Source of the DNA: Bacteroidota bacterium
GTDB lineage: Bacteria > Bacteroidota > Bacteroidia > Bacteroidales > JAAAOM01
DNA length: 64,000 nucleotides
NCBI GenBank assembly: GCA_009908855.1
Contig: JAAAOM010000012.1
Span: 682 to 64,681 of the forward strand
Reading direction: 5' to 3'
Below the pieces are notes generated by a model, which was not told the DNA's origin, searched no databases, and saw nothing but the letters and a program-made list of their open reading frames with translations. The position numbers were made by a program, and so were the translations under genes. Of the stretch, positions 60,872-64,000 are shown piece after piece (the first letter of the stretch is position 1; each line of letters opens with the position of its first letter).

Positions 60872-63067
60872 ATGGATAAACAGGAAGCGTTAACGATACA
60901 ACAAGCGTTAAAAAAATATTTTGGTTTTAGTAATTTCAAGGGTAACCAGGAAGCCATCATCAAAAATGTGTTGGCTGGCAGAGATAGTTTTGTGCTTATG
61001 CCCACCGGTGGTGGAAAATCATTGTGTTACCAGCTCCCATCACTGCTCATGGAGGGCACAGCTATTGTAATCTCCCCACTCATTGCACTCATGAAAAACC
61101 AGGTTGATTCAATGCGTGCCTTTAGCGGCAACGATGGCATTGCACATTTTTTAAATTCTTCACTCAACAAAACACAAATTAACCAGGTAAAAAAGGATTT
61201 AATAGAAGGAACCACAAAGCTATTATATGTTGCGCCGGAGTCGCTAACCAAAGAAGACAATGTTAAGTTTCTCAGAAATGTAAAAATCGCTTTCTATGCC
61301 GTTGATGAAGCCCATTGTATATCAGAATGGGGGCACGATTTCAGGCCGGAATACCGAAGAATACGTCCGATCATCAACGAAATAGGCAATGCGCCCGTTA
61401 TAGCCTTAACTGCAACGGCTACACCAAAAGTACAGCTCGATATACAAAAAACACTGGGAATGCTGGAAGCCGACGTATTCAAGTCGTCATTCAGAAGAGC
61501 CAACCTGTACTATGAAGTAAAACCAAAGAAAAATATTTCCAGGGAAATGATCCGCTATATCAAGGATAACCCCGGAAAAGCAGGTATTATTTATTGCCTT
61601 TCAAGAAAAAAGGTAGAAGAACTGGCTGAAACACTAAAAGTAAACGGAATAAAGGCATTACCCTACCATGCCGGTATGGATGCGGCAACCCGAACCAGGC
61701 ATCAGGACATGTTTTTAATGGAAGATGTAGAAGTTATTGTGGCCACCATAGCCTTCGGGATGGGTATTGACAAGCCGGATGTGCGATTTGTTATGCACCA
61801 CGATATTCCTAAAAGCCTCGAAGGATATTACCAGGAAACCGGACGTGCAGGTCGCGATGGTGGTGAAGGAAAATGTTTTGCTTTCTACAGCTATAAAGAC
61901 ATTCAGAAGCTGGAAAAATTTATGCAGGGTAAACCGGTTGCCGAACAGGAAATAGGCAGGCAATTGCTGAATGAAACCGTGGCCTATGCCGAAACATCAG
62001 CCTGCCGGGTACGAATGCTGCTGAATTATTTCGGTGAAGAAATGACCGAAAATTGCGGAAATTGCGATAACTGTCTAAAGCCCCGCCAGGAATTTGAAGG
62101 AATGGAATATGTTGTTACTGCACTGAATGCCGTACTGGCTGTTAAAGAAAAGTTTAAGATTGATCACGTAGCAAAAGTATTGGCAGGCAATAAAGACACT
62201 ATGGTTAAATCGTACAAACACCACGAACTGGATGTTTTCGGGATAGACGATGAAAAGGATGCTAAATTTTGGAACATGGTGCTGCGCAGAGGGCTCATTG
62301 CCAAATTACTGGATAAGGACATCGAGAATTATGGATTGCTTTTTTTAACTGAAAAAGGAAAAAATTATATAAACAACCCATATTCAATCATGCTTTCGGA
62401 AGATCATGAATACGCCGGTGAAGATGATGAAGAATCGTCGACAAATGGCTCAGCTTCGCGCACCGGTGCAGTGGACTCCGAACTTTTTGACATGCTTAAA
62501 GACCTGCGAAAAAAGAATGCAAAAAAACTGAATCTTCCACCTTTCGTAATATTTCAGGATCCCTCATTGGAAGACATGGCATCGCAATACCCGGTTACAA
62601 TGGATGAATTGCAGAATATATCCGGAGTCGGAACCGGCAAAGCCAATCGTTTTGGCAAAGATTTTATTGAATTGATAAAAAAATATGTTGAAGACAGGGA
62701 TATTATTCGCCCCAATGACATGATCGTAAAGTCGATTGTGAATAAATCAGGTAGCAAGGTGTATATAATCCAGAGCATCGACCGGAAAATGCCATTGGAA
62801 GATATCGCTGCAGCAAAAAATATTGAAATGGGAGACCTTTTAAATGAAATTGAATCCATTGTTAACTCAGGCACAAAACTGGATATAAGCTACTATATCG
62901 ACCAAATACTGGATGAGGATCATCAGGAAGAAGTAATTGAATATTTCAGAGAAGAAGCTGAAAATGAATCCATTACTGATGCATTGCAAGAGTTAGGTGA
63001 AGACGAATACAGTGAAGAAGATATTCGTTTAATGCGCATTAAATTTATCTCGGAATTTGGTAATTAA
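60872..63067 (+). CDS. recQ: DNA helicase RecQ
   Basis: MPTGGGKSLCYQ, DEAHCISEWGHDFRP, QETGRAGRDG, CGNCDNC, HRDC. Confidence 0.97.
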   Translation: MDKQEALTIQQALKKYFGFSNFKGNQEAIIKNVLAGRDSFVLMPTGGGKSLCYQLPSLLMEGTAIVISPLIALMKNQVDSMRAFSGNDGIAHFLNSSLNKTQINQVKKDLIEGTTKLLYVAPESLTKEDNVKFLRNVKIAFYAVDEAHCISEWGHDFRPEYRRIRPIINEIGNAPVIALTATATPKVQLDIQKTLGMLEADVFKSSFRRANLYYEVKPKKNISREMIRYIKDNPGKAGIIYCLSRKKVEELAETLKVNGIKALPYHAGMDAATRTRHQDMFLMEDVEVIVATIAFGMGIDKPDVRFVMHHDIPKSLEGYYQETGRAGRDGGEGKCFAFYSYKDIQKLEKFMQGKPVAEQEIGRQLLNETVAYAETSACRVRMLLNYFGEEMTENCGNCDNCLKPRQEFEGMEYVVTALNAVLAVKEKFKIDHVAKVLAGNKDTMVKSYKHHELDVFGIDDEKDAKFWNMVLRRGLIAKLLDKDIENYGLLFLTEKGKNYINNPYSIMLSEDHEYAGEDDEESSTNGSASRTGAVDSELFDMLKDLRKKNAKKLNLPPFVIFQDPSLEDMASQYPVTMDELQNISGVGTGKANRFGKDFIELIKKYVEDRDIIRPNDMIVKSIVNKSGSKVYIIQSIDRKMPLEDIAAAKNIEMGDLLNEIESIVNSGTKLDISYYIDQILDEDHQEEVIEYFREEAENESITDALQELGEDEYSEEDIRLMRIKFISEFGN

Positions 63068-63130
63068 TCCATGCTAAAAAAATTATATTGTATTAACTTT
63101 ACTAACCTGTACAATTAAAATATCCAGACT

Positions 63131-64000
63131 ATGAAAAAACAATTATTACAATTAGCGATACTGGCTTTTGCTTTAAATGCAACAGCTCAGGTAACTCTTA
63201 CGTATGAAACCCATTCCCTGCAACCGGAAACTAAAAACCCAATGATTTTAACCAATTACCATAACCCTGGTGATGCCGGAGAAAATGTTGTATGGGATTT
63301 AACATCACTCGAAGCCAACAAAGAATTTACCGGGATTTTAAATCATAATGAAACTGAATTTGCACCCCTCTCAAACACCGAATTAATTGAGGGTACCAAT
63401 AAGTTCTATTTCGATGTAAATAATAACCGCATACTTGAATTAGCGGTGAGTACAAATCAGGGACGTTACCAAATTGAATATGCCGAACCACCTGTAAAAA
63501 TGGTATACCCTTTTGAGTATGGCGACATTGAGCAAGGGAATTTCAAAGGGACCTATACATCAGGCAGTGCAAAAGGAACCATTGCCGGAACATATAGCAT
63601 TGAAGCAGATGCTTATGGTAGTTTAAAACTACCGGATCTGAACATTGACAATGTTATCCGAATTAAATCGGTAAAAGATTATGTAAAAAAAATAGGCGAA
63701 TCTGAAACACACATTCTTACTGAAACTTATCGCTGGTATGCGGAAGCAGAAAGATATCCGGTTGCTGTTATGATAAAAACCACTATTGGTTATGATGACG
63801 GACGAACAGGGAATCCCAGATATCAAGCTGCGTATAAAAAAGAAATTCAACGCCCGGTAACAAAAGCAGCGAAAACCGCACAATCCACAAAGATTGAAGC
63901 CTATCCTAATCCTGTGAGTGATCAGTTAATGATCAATTATAACGTAACCGAATCCAGCCGTGTTAATATTTCGTTGGTGGATATGTCGGGCAAGCTGGTT
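63131..64000 (+). CDS. T9SS type A sorting-domain secreted protein, partial (runs off the window end)
   Basis: Manual translation MKKQLLQLAILAFALNATAQ...GENVVWDL...AYPNPVSDQLMINY...SLVDMSGKLV. Confidence 0.85.
   Translation, partial: MKKQLLQLAILAFALNATAQVTLTYETHSLQPETKNPMILTNYHNPGDAGENVVWDLTSLEANKEFTGILNHNETEFAPLSNTELIEGTNKFYFDVNNNRILELAVSTNQGRYQIEYAEPPVKMVYPFEYGDIEQGNFKGTYTSGSAKGTIAGTYSIEADAYGSLKLPDLNIDNVIRIKSVKDYVKKIGESETHILTETYRWYAEAERYPVAVMIKTTIGYDDGRTGNPRYQAAYKKEIQRPVTKAAKTAQSTKIEAYPNPVSDQLMINYNVTESSRVNISLVDMSGKLV

Noticed and set aside
63629-63883. 84-aa minus-strand ORF at the window end
   Set aside because: Antisense to the T9SS-sorted protein beginning at 63131

Overview
A gene-dense chromosomal window from a Bacteroidota bacterium, probably Bacteroidales/Marinilabiliales-like. 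Support for this: TAnnTTTG promoter boxes, a T9SS C-terminal domain, a Reg_prop/Y_Y_Y sensor and a long-tailed S16. Most of it is housekeeping: partial rfaE1, priA, rimM, rpsP, dapD, tsaC, frameshifted prfB, recX, prmC, ribD, cysK, pcm, a complete trpEGDCFBA operon with a Trp-Trp-Trp leader attenuator, clpX-clpP-tig, tRNA-Leu(TAG), lptB, tatC and recQ. Two loci stand out. (1) At about 37.7-47 kb is a tightly coupled envelope-stress/polyamine operon: YbjN/CesT-like chaperone, PspA/IM30, small membrane protein, SpeD, DUF4178, an RGG-tailed lipoprotein, DUF350 and a membrane-anchored spermidine synthase. A K+ channel and a rhomboid follow it. A divergent XRE regulator lies opposite, and its candidate palindromic operator also occurs inside its own HTH coding sequence. 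(2) At about 36.46-37.69 kb is a rhuM pseudogene bounded by an attC-like imperfect inverted repeat and a matching GTTGGCA crossover site, i.e. an integron-like gene cassette with no integrase in view. Also notable: an exported TPR-Ig-caspase gene abutting a propeller-PP2C sensor, a divergent PRPP-synthetase/symporter/pyrophosphatase trio, and two genes each broken by a single Trp-to-stop change. All family assignments come from motif recognition by eye, not from database searches.
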